The notes: generated from the letters alone by a model not told the origin. 64,000 bases of DNA from Amoebophrya sp. A120 (GCA_905178155.1 CAJINV010000003.1:10984388-11048387), one strand, 5' to 3'. Shown: positions 45,201 through 57,427, numbered from the stretch's first letter. Translations and numbers: made by a program.

Positions 45201-46561
45201 CCGAGCGCACCTCCGTGCCGCTGTCCCGTTCGCTGCTCAGTGAGGGCGTATACCTTCGGGCAGTGCAAGGCTTGCGTGCCCAAATTAGTTGTGATGCTCA
45301 GCCGTCTGCTTGGCTGTGCAGCGGGCAAGTACACGGGCCGGCGCTGCGCAATTGCTTCGCCACACCAAGCAGAGACCGCCGACCGAGTTTTTTTTTTCGA
45401 GCTGGGAGCCCAGCAGACAATTTTACTCGGGCCCGATTTAGTCGCGCATTTGCAGGCGCCACACCGGGCGCCGGAAACAGAGAAAAACTGGAAATAGCTC
45501 GGGGCACTGAGTTAAATGAGAAAATTTTTTTCTCTGTGCGACGCATTTTCTCGGTTTCGCGCGACGCATTTTTTTCTCTGTGCGCTTTTGCTTGCCCAGT
45601 GAAAGCCACAAAAAAAATTTGGCGCTGCCGCGCAAACCAACAGGCACAACAACAGCGCGCATCGCTCAGGGCCCTGCTCCGGGCAGCCGCAGAGGCGGAC
45701 CCAGGCGTCGAAGCCTGGTAGCCATTTCCGGGGCCGTTGGCCGCGCACCCATTTGCCCGCGCGTGTGGGCTAGTAGGTAATGGGACCGGGCGAGAGAGGT
45801 GTTGTCGCAGGGTTTGGTGCGTCCTGTGTCTCCGGGGGCCCACGACTAACACCATACTGCGACGCCTTGGCACCTGGGAGAAGCGAGCGCGCACTGCCTT
45901 GGCCCCTTTATGAAAGAAAAGAGTTCTGGGTGGCCTTGGGGGCGGCAGTTTGGCACAGCAAAACACTTCTCAATAGCCGGGGGCGGAAAGTGTGTTGCCA
46001 TATTGTCGCCATCGCTTTTCATGGGAGCCCGCTTTTCGTTGCCGAAAAAAAATACTCACTTAATCAAGTTTACTCTTCTTGGGAATCTGGACCTCTTGAT
46101 TTGGCAACGGTGCACCAGCTGCGAAGGCCGTGAGGTTTTTCGCAGAGGAACCCGAAGAAGAAGGGTCCACAGGAGCAGCTCACTTGCAATTCCATGGTTC
46201 GCGAAGTTCATTACTGAAGATGCCGGATTGTGCAAATAAGAATAACCAATTACCACACGATGGCTCCTTCAGTAACTCAACTAGCGCAGCACAGCACATG
46301 GGCCACATCACGGCAAGTGTACCATCACCTGCACAGGAAGATAGTGGCAGCACCAGTCCGCAGACAACCTTGCCGTCGCCCCTTCAGCGCATGACAACGC
46401 GTCCCGGCCGTAAGCCCTCGGTCTACAACAACCGGAAACCACGGAAGTCCCTTAGTGCCTTTGCCGACCGCGTTACCCAACGGAACAAGCTGGTGGTGAA
46501 CACAGACCAGGAGCAGGAGCAGGAGCAGCAGCCGCAGTATAGTACGGCGCAGGAGCAGTGA
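36271..46561 (+). CDS. Formin-like protein (low-complexity N-terminus, proline-rich FH1-like region, FH2 domain), multi-exon
   Basis: PPPPP tracts; FH2 motifs NIPW, LIDGK, ERIDVLIYKLEF, LRKLFQLIQDLGNKLNAG..HGFRL|TSLQKICEIK..TILHFV, DP|TKDLFEIFD. It continues via GT-AG introns 43840-44219 and 44844-46134. The join of 36271-37575 to 37938 is inferred and was not resolved. Confidence 0.75.
41993..42349. mobile_element. Introner-like TIR insert in the formin FH2 domain
   Basis: TAT...ATA ends; TGCAAAAG and CGTAGAA mirrored; direct repeat CGGCT. Excision restores GFRL|TSLQK. Confidence 0.85.
42805..43224. mobile_element. Introner-like TIR insert in formin
   Basis: TATCAAAATGATGAAAAGCGC / GCGCTTTTCTTTGTGATA; eroded direct repeat GATCC/TGTCC. 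Excision gives SDP|TKDLFEIF. Confidence 0.75.
43274..43548. mobile_element. Introner-like TIR insert (family C) in formin
   Basis: TATGAAAATGCACAACT / AGTTGTGCACTCCCATA; eroded direct repeat AAAAA/AGAAG; in-frame join FAE|EVRAVQKDL. Confidence 0.7.
44851..46106. mobile_element. 1256-bp insertion flanked by a 35-bp perfect direct repeat of exon sequence
   Basis: ACGGTGCACCAGCTGCGAAGGCCGTGAGGTTTTTC at 44816-44850 and 46107-46141; subterminal inverted repeat GGTTCAGTTCCCAAGA / TCTTGGGAATCTGGACC. Confidence 0.85.
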
Positions 46562-47640
46562 TACTAGGCTGTATTCTTTCTGTCGGAAAATTTTACGAGC
46601 TACTTCTGATTTTCATTTCTACTTGCGGTCTATCTTTATTATTTGCGAAAGAAACAAAATCAAATTCAAAAGGAACAACCACAAATCGAAATGCAAAAAC
46701 TGCATCCTCGTTGTCGACGATGCGCGACACTGCAATCTCGTCGACGTCGTCCATTAGCTCGAGTAGTATCACCCGTAGCTTGCTGGAACTTGCTGCGCAA
46801 ATTAATGGATATCAGAATACTCTTCCTCTTGATGAGGATTGATGTTTGTGCCTTTTTAATGTAAAAAAAGAATGTGACTGATTTCTAGCCTAGGCCAACG
46901 AAATAGGCGCAAGATAGCTGCAGAAACGAACGTTATTGAACAGCTCCATATAGTCCCACTGTAATGCTCAATTCCTCCAGCAGCGAGAACTGCCGCTGAT
47001 TGAGACATGCTGACGCGCGCTACGATGATGCGATTCTGATGAAGATGATACGTGCTCCTGTAAAATCATAATTCTCATTCTACTTAGTTGATTCTTTACC
47101 TACCTTTTTTGGAAGCATTGAAGTTATTATCATGTACGATGTCATATAGAACCGACACAGGAGTTTTATCCTCAGCATAAATCCATATTTCCATATCATG
47201 TAAATGTGAACGAAATTCTCCTCGTGATGAAATATTGCAAGGAAAAAGAGATGAACGCGGTTAGTTTCTTATCGAGTCACGGATTGTTTCGTGGTCTTTC
47301 TTTGGTGTTTTTCCGTAGTGTGCATTGTTGAAAGACAAAAATATTTATGTCGTCTGGTTGGGTGACAATGAGACGAATTAGTTGATTCTTCCATCATGAG
47401 TCAGCAGTAATTTTTTGAGGGCAGCAGGGAGGTATGTCGTACCAACCTACACGCCATTCCGAGCGAAGATAATTTTTTATCCGTGCGCTACTTTCATTGC
47501 AGCAGAATTTTTTCTTGCATTGCCAGACGAGCGAGGAGAGCCTGTTGCACCTGCGGCTGCGCAGGTCGCTCTCCACTCCCCCGATTTTTTCCAAGAGTTG
47601 CGTCTGGAAAGCGAACCCAGTTACATACAGAATCGGCAAC

Positions 47641-49059
47641 ATGGTAGGGCAGCAACTTCCGGCCGACGGTGACGAGGTCGCGAAAACGGCCGTCACCGGG
47701 CTCGCGGGCGACGCCGCAGGAGCTCAAAACAAGAAGAACAACTCGTGTTCATTCCGCGACATTTTGCAGGATTATTCCGCTGACGTTGACGCGATTTCGG
47801 CAGAAAGCGGGCTCGACGACCTACACGATCGCACTGTTGAAATGGCCGGCTCGGCGCAGTCATTACCCACGATGGGTGCAGCATATCCTCAGCAACAGCC
47901 GCAGCACCCCTCCGCGGGCCAACTAATTCCCCCGGTAGACCGCACAACGTCGCTCTTGCAGCGCGAGGGCGAGACCACGAGACAAGGAGCACAGAACATG
48001 GGTGTAATCACGCAGAGGGGTCTTGATGCGGTTGCTCTCGCACAAAACCAGCAACACGAGTTGGGTCCCCACGTGGGCAGGCCGCGCGGTGGAGCTGGTG
48101 ACGCAGCACCAGCATCTTCTGGCGCATATCTTTATCCTGCCACGGTGGATGTCGCGCTTGCAGATCAACACAGGACTGCAGCAGGAGAGGACAACTTACA
48201 TCAAATGAACAACATCGGTGAGCTGCAAGATCACGACGAGATTATACTATTGAATATGGAGCAGGAGTTCGTGAAGCCCGAGAATGTCACCTGGAGGACG
48301 CTGTGCGAGCAGGAGCTGCGAAAGAAGAAGATGTTGGAGCAGAGCATCCGTCTTCTGGAAGACCAGGCACTACGGGGACGAGACCTCGGCGCTAGGAAGA
48401 CGGAGCTGCGACTCCAGCTCGAGGACGCAAAACAGCGGCAAAGTCTCCTATAAGATTGCACAACTCCCCGGCGTGGAGGTCACTCTCACTTGGACAGGAA
48501 GAAGTGCACCAATAGTTACACTTACAGAAGCAATAGCACATAAAATCAAAATGTTGCTTGTGCATGAGCATGGCAAATTCGTACGCTGAGAACCAACTGA
48601 ACAAGTGCTGCTCGGACCACGACCTCCGGCACCTGTCACGCAAGCAGTGGCAACAGGATCCGATCGACTTCTGGGTGTTTTGGTTTTGCGTCATAAATGA
48701 GGGAGAGTGGGGCGCACGCGTCGAGTTGTACGCTCGCATACCGCATCGTGGGCGACTACGAGGAACAGCTGGAAAATGCGCGCGAGCGCCTCGAGAAGCG
48801 GAAAAAAGAGGTCGACACGGAGAAAATTCTCGCGCTCGAGGACGAAGAACAGGTGCGGGCGGAGTTCGAACGCGCGCGCGAGTGGCGGCAGATTTTGAAG
48901 CGGCGACGAGCGGAGGCGACGCAGGAGGAGATGGCGCAGCAAATGGTACGCATGCGTCGAGAAATTGCGCAGCGCGAGTCGGAAATCGAAACCTACAAAC
49001 AGAAGGTGTTGAACGACATGGTATCGCTTCAAAGCGAGATTGACGTGCTGAAAGCATAG
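47641..49059 (+). CDS. Coiled-coil protein of unknown function, two exons
   Basis: ORF ending ..AKQRQSL joins RIVGDYEEQLENARERLE.. after removing the TIR insert; E/K/R/Q heptad-rich; start codon uncertain. Confidence 0.65.
48448..48740. mobile_element. Introner-like TIR insert (family C-like)
   Basis: TATAAGATTGCACAACTC / GAGTTGTACGCTCGCATA; only a CC direct repeat is visible; in-frame join QSL|RIVG. Confidence 0.7.
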
Positions 49060-50465
49060 AATTTCTTTCACGTAATTCTTGTTGCTGCAACTCGTTCATG
49101 ATAGGTCGTGCTTTGCTTCTTCACCACCTAGAGGTCGGATTGCTTTCCTGTGCCAACGCCGGCGAGGGGCATAAGGATGGGAATTCGTAGCATTCCAGGC
49201 ATAAGAAATTGCAACTACAACCGAATGATAAATGTAATTATATGGGAAACTCTTTGCAAGTTGTTCGACACCGGAGTCGTGATGGCAAAATTGCGTTGAG
49301 CAATGCTCAAATACCTTGCTACCGTCGAGCCGCCCACTGTACTGGGCTCGCAATTGCTGTCCCTGTCGCGGCAACGATACGGCAGAAATAAAATGCATAT
49401 CTTCTGTGTCGTGTTCTGCTTCTGCCGCTCGTTCTTCGTTTAATGGTCCATCTGCAACATCCCGTGATGCCCACTGAACTGGCACTCTTCACTTGAGACT
49501 TGCCGATGAACTCACTTAAGTTCCGGCTAACATTCTGATGAATTTCTTCTTTCTTGCAGTCGAGGATGCTGCAGAGCGAATCGCCAGAGTTCTTTCCATG
49601 CTGAGTCCCCGATATCGTTCTCTAGACACGGCACGACTATTCGGAAATAGGTCTTGTTTTTTGTTGTAGAGAAGACAAAAAGTAACCGTGTGGTCGCCAG
49701 AAAGATCTTCGAAACGTAAGCGCCGGCGTCGAACACGGGGCATCATGTCAGGCGAATTGCTTAACTTCATTCGTGAGGCACGGCACCGCCAGGCCCTGGA
49801 CAACCCGGAAGTGATGATCCTGCGACCTCGCCGAAAGTACACAGCTGCGGAACAAGTCTCTGGACCGGGCAATCAGTTTGTAGGCTCTTCGCCTGTTGTA
49901 TCTGATATCGAGGCTCCCTGGTCGCCGACAAGTCAAGTTATCAAGCGAGAGCGCCGTGTGGTGTCTTGCCGTGTCTACAAGAAAGGACCGGAGTCAATTT
50001 AGTTTCCGTCTGATCAACACAGCTTCGATTCACTATTGCTATTGAAGAAAGAACGACAACGAATGTTGATGTTGAATAAAGTAGTGCCCTCACGGTCACG
50101 TTACAACCTTTACATACCGTGTGCAGCTTTTGACTTGTTATGCACTGACACGTGATCATGCATGTTTTACTCGCAGTCGCACTGCAACCGCAGCTGCATC
50201 ATACAAATGAATCAATTGAAAGCGCCGCCAGACTTATGATTGGTGCTTTCAATATATAAGTCGCGATGAAAGGCTCACGAAGAGCAAATAACGTGCGTGA
50301 GCATCATGGCACTGAAGCGAGGGAGATGAGAACTCACTGAAAACTGAAAGGCAAAATAATAAACCGGGCCGGTTTGGCAACCTCTAGGAAACTAAATTCA
50401 GCCGAAGTAGATGCGGAAGCACCCGGAATCAGGAACTCCCCGGATCGCACCTTCACCGGCGAACG

Positions 50466-53400
50466 GTGTCCATCGACAGCCTCGGGTCGGTCTTGGTGGA
50501 GCTCCAGAGCAATACACCGCTCTCGGCGCCGGCGGGAAAGGCGAAACTAACGCCCGTAAAGTTTACTAACTCTAGTACGAGTGGGAATGGAGAGGGCCAG
50601 GACGCAGCCAGTAACGCCGTGGTCGCGGCGCCGCGCGAAGATGAGGAAGAGTATTCCCTGGAAATGATTAACCCAACCCCATCTTCCAACTTGCCACGCA
50701 AGACATGGAGTAGCAAAGTCGGCTTCTGTCATGCAAAAAGTGGATGGGGATCATCGTGGTTAATTTTCAGGGAATAAAGAGATGCCCCGGCCCCCAAAGG
50801 TCCGGCCGGAGGAGACCAAGCTGAACGAGCTCGAAGCGACGTCGATCTGCGGGAATGACATCACAGCCAGCTGCTTTTACGTCGTGGGGCAGCTGTGCAA
50901 GGACAGTGGCGTGTACGCGCCACTGTGCACGGTTTTCGCCGCAACTGTGCTGTTTTGCTATCGAAAGGTGTACACCGAGGTGGTGTGCGCCTTGCCCCTG
51001 AATGGGGGACTCTACAACGTGATGCTGAACAGCGGATTCTCCAAACGAAGCGCGGCCGCGACCGCGTGTCTGACCATCTTGTCCTACACGGCGACTAGTG
51101 TGGTGTCCGCGGTCAGCGCGATGCACTACTCCGGCGTCGCCGACGAGGACTGGCAGCTCGCGGGGTCGCTCCTCATCCTGGTGACGTTCGCGCTGCTGCT
51201 GCTCAGCGGCATGAAGGAGTCCGCCCGCGTGGCCAGCGTCCTGTTTGTGTTCCACTTGGTCACCATGACCCTGCTCCTGACCGCCTGCGTGGTAACGACG
51301 GTGCAGCGGTGGGAGATGTTTTTTTCCCGGGACATCGGCCACATGATCGCGAAAACCGCCATTAAGACGGACAGGAAATCTCTTTTCCCCATCTGGTCCT
51401 CCACGACCACGCAAACGGGAAGTAGAAGCGACGATGGCAATTACACGGGTGCTGGGACGGCCAGCACCAGCCGTCAACTTCTAGGCACCAGTCCGCCTTT
51501 ACTGTTGGACAATCGAGGACGCTCCCCTCCTGTAACTTCTTCCAGTGGCGCACTCGCACTGCAGTTGCAGCAGCAAAGTTTGTTTGCAAGCAACGCCGTA
51601 GCGTTTGCGGACTCGGATCCGCACCTGTCGCGCGTTGGCGACGAAGACCACGGCAAGAAGACGCACATTCCGCACACGCACAAGATCTTCCACAAGAATT
51701 TGGTCTGGTCGGGCCAGCGCCCGCCTTTTGAGAGTGTTTTTTACGGATTTTCCACGGCCATGCTGGGGGTGTCAGGCTTCGAGAGCAGCGCTAACTTTGT
51801 GGAGAATCAGGAGCCGGGGGTGTTTCCAAAAACCTTGCGGAACATGTGGGCTTCCGTGTCGGTGTTGAACGTGGCGTGCTCCTATCCAGGAAAAAATACC
51901 CATCCCCATCCAATTTGTCATGCACAACATGCATAAGTCCGCCATTTGTCACGCAAAAAATGGATGGGGATGGGTGTTTTTTCCTGGATAGCTCCTTCTT
52001 CGTCCTGTGCCTCGTGCCACTCGACGAGCTGGCGGAAGGCCGGTCGGACGACGCACTGGCTTTTCTGGCTGAGGAAGTCACCACCGATTTACTGGGCGGC
52101 CCCTGGTTCCTGCAGTGGATCCGGGTCGACGCTTTTCTAGTGTTGGCCGCCAGCGTGCTTACCTCGTTCGTCGGTGTCACGGGCCTGCTAAACCGTATGG
52201 CGTTGGACCGCTGTCTCCCGGAATTTTTCACCGACACGCGTCCGTTCTGGTCTGAGGTCTTTGCTAGCTGCTTTTGCTGTGGCTGGTTTCGGTCCACAGG
52301 AGCTTCAAGAAATTCTGACACAGACGTGGACGACGTCGGTCCTCCTCATGCCGCAACAGCAATGGCTTCGTCCCGGGAGGACGAAGCTCAAGCTGCTGCA
52401 ACCTCCGGTCAACTAGGTGGCGCAGGGGCGGCGGGACTACCTCCACCTCTAGAAAGCACTCGCACCAGTGGCCGATCCACCAGCCTTTTGATTGAAGATC
52501 ATCCGGCCACAGAACAAGATGGCGCAAACTTCTACCCACGACAGCACGCTATTGGCCCAGCTGCGGAAAGTACAACTGGAAATCCAGGTACAGCAGCTGC
52601 AGTCAACACGATGAGCAAGAAGCGTCGCAAGAAAACCGAGGAGGCCCCTCCCTGGGCGTGCGTCGTGTTTTTCCTGGTTGTGTGTCTCACACTGTGCGTG
52701 GCGCTGCGGGGCGACATCGGACTTTTGGCCAACATGTATAGCATGAGCTTTTTGCTCGTCATGTCGATGTTCGGGGTCGGCGGGGTGGTTATGAAATACG
52801 CGCGCCCCTCCCTCCCCCGCCCGGCGCGTTACCCGGCGCATTGGTTTGTTTCTGCCACCCTCTTCACGCTCGTTGCCTTCCTGGGCGCGCTGGTAAGAAA
52901 CGCAGAGGTTTTCGCCGATTTTGTTGTCTTCTTCGTTTTCGCCGTCAGCTTCGTCATGGTCACGTACTATCGCGTCCTTCTTCTCTCGGTTTTCCTGTCT
53001 TTCCTCGATAGGTTCTCTAGCACGATGATATACCGTGCCTTTGCGAGGCTTTCCTCGTGGTGTCTCGGGTTGAATCAAGGAGAAGCTACCACTTCTCCTC
53101 CTGCCGGCGGTACAGGAGCGTGGATGAGCCGAGAAGAAAAAACGTCACTCGGAAGGAGCCCGCATCAAGGCCCTTCAGCGAAAAATGACGTCGCTATGAA
53201 ATCCACGCCGATGCTCGCTGCTGCCGTGCACAACCAGGGACGAGGGGAAAAACCTGACGGAGGAGGTGCGGATAGTCACATTGTCAAGATGAACGGGGCC
53301 CTCGTGACTAGTCCTGGCTCGTCGGCGGAAGGCGGCGCTGACGCGACTACCTCAAACGCGGTGCATTCGCGGAGATCCTCCCATTCCTCAACCAGCCAAA

Positions 53401-53948
53401 CGGCCAGGCCCCGGTGGTCCGCTTTCGTTCTTGACGAGTTGCGCCGCATTCGCCAGCAGGGAGTCGTTTTTTTCAGCAAAAACGCCGACATCGCGCAGCT
53501 AAACCAGGTGTTGCAGTACATCTTCCAGAACGAAGACACAAAACGGGTGCAGATTGTGCACTGCACAGAATCGGGCCAGCTTCCGCCCCACCTGGCGGAG
53601 TATGTGGCGCTGCTCAATTGCATCTATCCAGACGCGAAGATCGACCTTTGCATCGTGAATTACCCTTTCACACCGGCGGTGATCCCGTACTTGGAAAAAA
53701 AACTCGCGATTCCCGCAAACTGTATGTTCATTACGTGCCCAACCGCCAACTTCAAGCACCGTTTGGCCACTTATGAAAGTCGAAAAATGATCGAAACCAC
53801 CTCTCCCTCCGAAGAAGATTGGGTGGCGGTTATTCCAGAAAGCAGATCTGCTCCTGCGACTGTGAGGACAGACGACAAAAGCCCAACTAACAAGATCAAG
53901 ATCCAGCTTTTGGTGTATGCAGAACCTTGTTCAGCCGAACAGCTCTAG
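50466..53948 (+). CDS. APC-superfamily amino-acid permease with C-terminal cytoplasmic domain (5' end uncertain)
   Basis: ATSICGNDITASCFYVVG, YTEVVCALPLNGGLYN, GMKESARVA, GVSGFESSANFVENQEPGVFPKTLRNMW, DAFLVLAASVLTSFVG, MALDRCLP. Three ORF pieces are joined by removing two TIR inserts. Confidence 0.88.
50652..50776. mobile_element. Introner-like TIR insert, diverged family E
   Basis: TATTCCCTGGAAATGATTAACC..CCCCATC / GATGGGG..GGTTAATTTTCAGGGAATA; direct repeat AAGAG; join EDEEE|MPRPPK. Confidence 0.85.
51883..51990. mobile_element. 108-bp introner-like insert (family E) in a permease exon
   Basis: TATCCAGGAAAAAATACCCATCCCCATCCA / TGGATGGGGATGGGTGTTTTTTCCTGGATA; direct repeat GCTCC; join VLNVACS|FFVLCLVP. 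Retention would shift the frame. Confidence 0.95.
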
Positions 53949-55081
53949 TGTAGTTTGGGCTTCCAGGAGCACGAGCAGGACTTGATGATATAGTGCGGAA
54001 TCTTGGTGGTCAAACACCGCTGATGGTTTGGCGCTCATATTATGATTTCTGAGATCTTGCCCGAGAAAAAATAATGGAGAGTGGGGGGTTGGTTCTGAGC
54101 TTTTCCACTTCCATATAGTTTTAGGCGGCGTGCGAGTTATTCTTAACGACCACGCCGACGACTACGATCTCGGGAATGCGCAGCAGTTTTTCCCTGCATT
54201 TGGCGGAAGTGGATCAGTTTTCTCGTCCTGTTCATCTCCAGCACAGCCATCAGGGGGGAGCGCAAGTAAGACCGGTGGACCAAAATACCAAGTAGTGCAA
54301 GATGATGAAGAACGGGGGCCCTAATTTTGTCCTCAGGTCATGATGTGCCAGATCTTATACCTCTTGGCGAGGAAAAATTCGCGTAGCTGCAGCCAGTGCT
54401 CCTATTTTTGATGATGAAGATGACTCTTTTATTATTTATTAGTATTGCAAATGCATGGCTTGAGGAACAACAAATCAAAGACCAAGACGCCAGGAGACTA
54501 AAAAAGTCTCGAGAGAAGTTCGTATCATATGCTGCACGCAGAAGCAAGTCGCAATATCAGAACGTTTAGGGTTACGTCAACGTCGCCAGCAATCAAAGGA
54601 GCAGCAGCTCAACATCTGATGTGTTCCGCTTTAACGGGCAAAAATGAATTGCGTTTGCCTTTTCCTCGTGCTGTTGAATCGAAATGTTTTTGCTAGAGCA
54701 GGAAGCAAATCGAAGGCACTACTAGGATCATGAGATCTCTTCACCGATGGCGTGCAGCGCTCCTTGACGTACGCGATCGCTTTTCTTTTTTTGAAATCAG
54801 TCTGTCTAGCTCATGATCCGAGGTTTGTGGTGCTGATATGAGGAGGACACATCAAGACGCATTGTATATAAATGGCTTGATAGTTCTCTTGTTGATTGTG
54901 GGTCCTGAAGATTGTCTTTTTTAGATCCACCCTAAAAACCCTCTGATATTGTTATGGTACATGATCGTGCCGGTCAGAGCTTTTCTTGTTCTTTCTTAGC
55001 CCGTATTTCTACATTTGTAAGATTTTGTGTCTTTTTCTTGATCTTGTTCTTCACTGACATAAAAAAACTCAGCGGACCTTC

Positions 55082-57427
55082 ATGTATTGTATGCTAGTGG
55101 CGCTGGCGCAAAATAAAGTCTTGCTCCAGCACAGGCGTTTCAAATCAGGAGCAAGTATGCTCCCAGCTTGTGGTCGGTCAAGGATGTATACCCGGCTGCT
55201 TGCTCCTGGGGATCGCCTCGAGTCCACGGCATCGAATACTAGCGCGAAGGTATTAAAGTCGCTATGGGGCAACATACTCTCATCGTTGATTTTCGTGGTT
55301 GCAGCTGCGGCTGCCATCGGTCCAGCTGGTGTTTGCGTTCGGGCGTCGTCCCCATCATTCCGACGAGGCATCCCCGCGTCTTTGACTTTGTCAAGCACCG
55401 CGGCGCCGGCAGTCCAGAAGACGAACAAACAGGAAAGAACTCCGTGCAAGCTAAGCTCCTGTCTCCTTGGTTGCGCCCGAGTGCGACAAGAAGTCGCTTC
55501 CTTCCTGCGCGGCACAACAACTAAGAGGCAGCTTATGTCAGAGTCGTCCGAGGACAGCACAGCGAGCTTGGTTGGTACCGGTTCGCCCGTCGTGCTGCCA
55601 TTGTCTTCCTCCTCCACGACATCAACAGCGACATCTTCGCCTAGCGGTTTTACTTCTTCCCCAGCCGCACCATTGACACCACGAATAGAAACCTTGTCCC
55701 CAAGCACTAACGCGGGTCAGCGGTTGCAGCTCGCGCTTACCAATGCCGGTTACTTTCGCGCTAGCGACATTCGGACTGCTACTACGTGTTCCGTTCCCGG
55801 TGGAGGCGGGGGTGGACGGCAGCGTTGTCACAACAACATGGACGCAATACCAGAAGTGGTAGCGAGTTCTTGTGACATGCCCCCTGCCCCTGCGGGAGAA
55901 GATCGAGACCACGACGAGGCCGGACATTACCTAGTACCGAGCATGTCGAAAATACAACCCGGAGGACCAGCGACTTCTCAGCACTGGCGGGAACAAGGAG
56001 CAGGAACATCTTGTTGCGTGCCACCAGGAGCCCCGCATCCTTTACATGTTGCACTGCATGCGTTAGCGAGAGGGTGCGCGGATACAATGAGAAGCATCTT
56101 GTGGAACAACTACCGAAACAAGAACTCCAAGGATGTTGCAAGTCGTGGAGAAACGAAACACACAGACGAAAGCCGGACAGGTTGCAAGATTCCGCAGATT
56201 TCGTGCGGCGGAAGTGGGTCGCTTCTTGCATTCCCCTTTGATTTGTCCCTGCGGCGCGGCCGACAACGAGGACCGCCCGCCCCGAGCTGTGTAAATGAGT
56301 TCATCGCCGCGAGTCAGGGAATCGAAGCGAAGCCTGCACCGACGCGGCGCACTCGCAGTTCTTTCGGTCACAGTAGTAGAGATTGTCTTTGTCCTGGCCC
56401 GCCGGAGTGGGAGTGCATGGCCGTGCGAAAGTGGATCCGGGATGTTCGGCGCGGCAGTCGCCGAAGGAGGAGCGACATCGAGCCCGACCCTTCGCCTCCG
56501 CTGAAGCAGCCACAGTATTTCTCGTCTCCCTCGTCCTCGACTTGGTCCAGTCCGACCGACGAGGTGGGATCTTTAGACAGAAAGAATCATCAGGCGGTAA
56601 AGAACGTACCCCACGACAGTTTTTTCCGCGGGGCGGCGGACCCGAGAACCAGAGATGGCACAAGTACCCGAGCGTCGAATCGTCCCGGCCCTGAATATGT
56701 CAACAGAAGCAGCTGGGGTCCTGTTTTTCTACATCAGATGCAGAATAAAAACTGCAATGACGCCCAAGAACGGAGCTCCACTAGCGGCAACAAAGCGTCG
56801 TCGACCATTTATCTGGTTGAGCGTGAGATGAAAATGAATCGTCCCGAGCATCAGCCGTCAAGAGCGGGAACCCCAGGGCAAGGTCACGGCAACATCTCGC
56901 CCAATTTTGCAGCTTCTTCTAGTTCTGCGTCTCTGCCCGAGCTGGTGCAGAATGGACAACGACGGCAGACGGATACTAGCTATTACACTACCACTGCCGC
57001 TGCACACAGTACTTCGGTCACCACGTCGGCTGTTCGACACGAGGATTTGGCGAAAACGCCAGTATTCGTTTTGGGTGCCTGTGGTTCCGACGATCTGCCC
57101 TCGTTGGCAGAAGGGGAGGATGACGTCACAGCCACACCATCACCTGCGGACTGGATGAGGCACGCTTGTGCTCCTGTAAGTGTAGATCCGCGGGGAGGTA
57201 CAGCGACGGGTGAAAGACAGCAGCAAACAACACCCGCAGATGTCGCCCACGCTCGGGGAAGGCGCAAACGACGGAGCTCTGTTCAAGAACTAGCGCAAAT
57301 GTTCGACAGGATGGCAATCGAGAAATCAGAAGCGCGCGCGGTCGAGGGCCGCGGGCGACGAGCTGCTGAACCGGCAACGCCCAGACCACGGCATGTTCGA
57401 CCAACGCTTCCGACACCGGACGAATAG
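55082..57427 (+). CDS. Low-complexity, probably disordered protein of unknown function
   Basis: 781-codon open frame rich in S/T/P/R; no recognisable domain; start uncertain. Confidence 0.5.
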   Translation: MYCMLVALAQNKVLLQHRRFKSGASMLPACGRSRMYTRLLAPGDRLESTASNTSAKVLKSLWGNILSSLIFVVAAAAAIGPAGVCVRASSPSFRRGIPASLTLSSTAAPAVQKTNKQERTPCKLSSCLLGCARVRQEVASFLRGTTTKRQLMSESSEDSTASLVGTGSPVVLPLSSSSTTSTATSSPSGFTSSPAAPLTPRIETLSPSTNAGQRLQLALTNAGYFRASDIRTATTCSVPGGGGGGRQRCHNNMDAIPEVVASSCDMPPAPAGEDRDHDEAGHYLVPSMSKIQPGGPATSQHWREQGAGTSCCVPPGAPHPLHVALHALARGCADTMRSILWNNYRNKNSKDVASRGETKHTDESRTGCKIPQISCGGSGSLLAFPFDLSLRRGRQRGPPAPSCVNEFIAASQGIEAKPAPTRRTRSSFGHSSRDCLCPGPPEWECMAVRKWIRDVRRGSRRRRSDIEPDPSPPLKQPQYFSSPSSSTWSSPTDEVGSLDRKNHQAVKNVPHDSFFRGAADPRTRDGTSTRASNRPGPEYVNRSSWGPVFLHQMQNKNCNDAQERSSTSGNKASSTIYLVEREMKMNRPEHQPSRAGTPGQGHGNISPNFAASSSSASLPELVQNGQRRQTDTSYYTTTAAAHSTSVTTSAVRHEDLAKTPVFVLGACGSDDLPSLAEGEDDVTATPSPADWMRHACAPVSVDPRGGTATGERQQQTTPADVAHARGRRKRRSSVQELAQMFDRMAIEKSEARAVEGRGRRAAEPATPRPRHVRPTLPTPDE

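Noticed and set aside
45715-45735. Dinoflagellate spliced-leader relic (GTAGCCATTT)
   Set aside because: It is only a 10-nt match, without the TTGGCTCAAG end.
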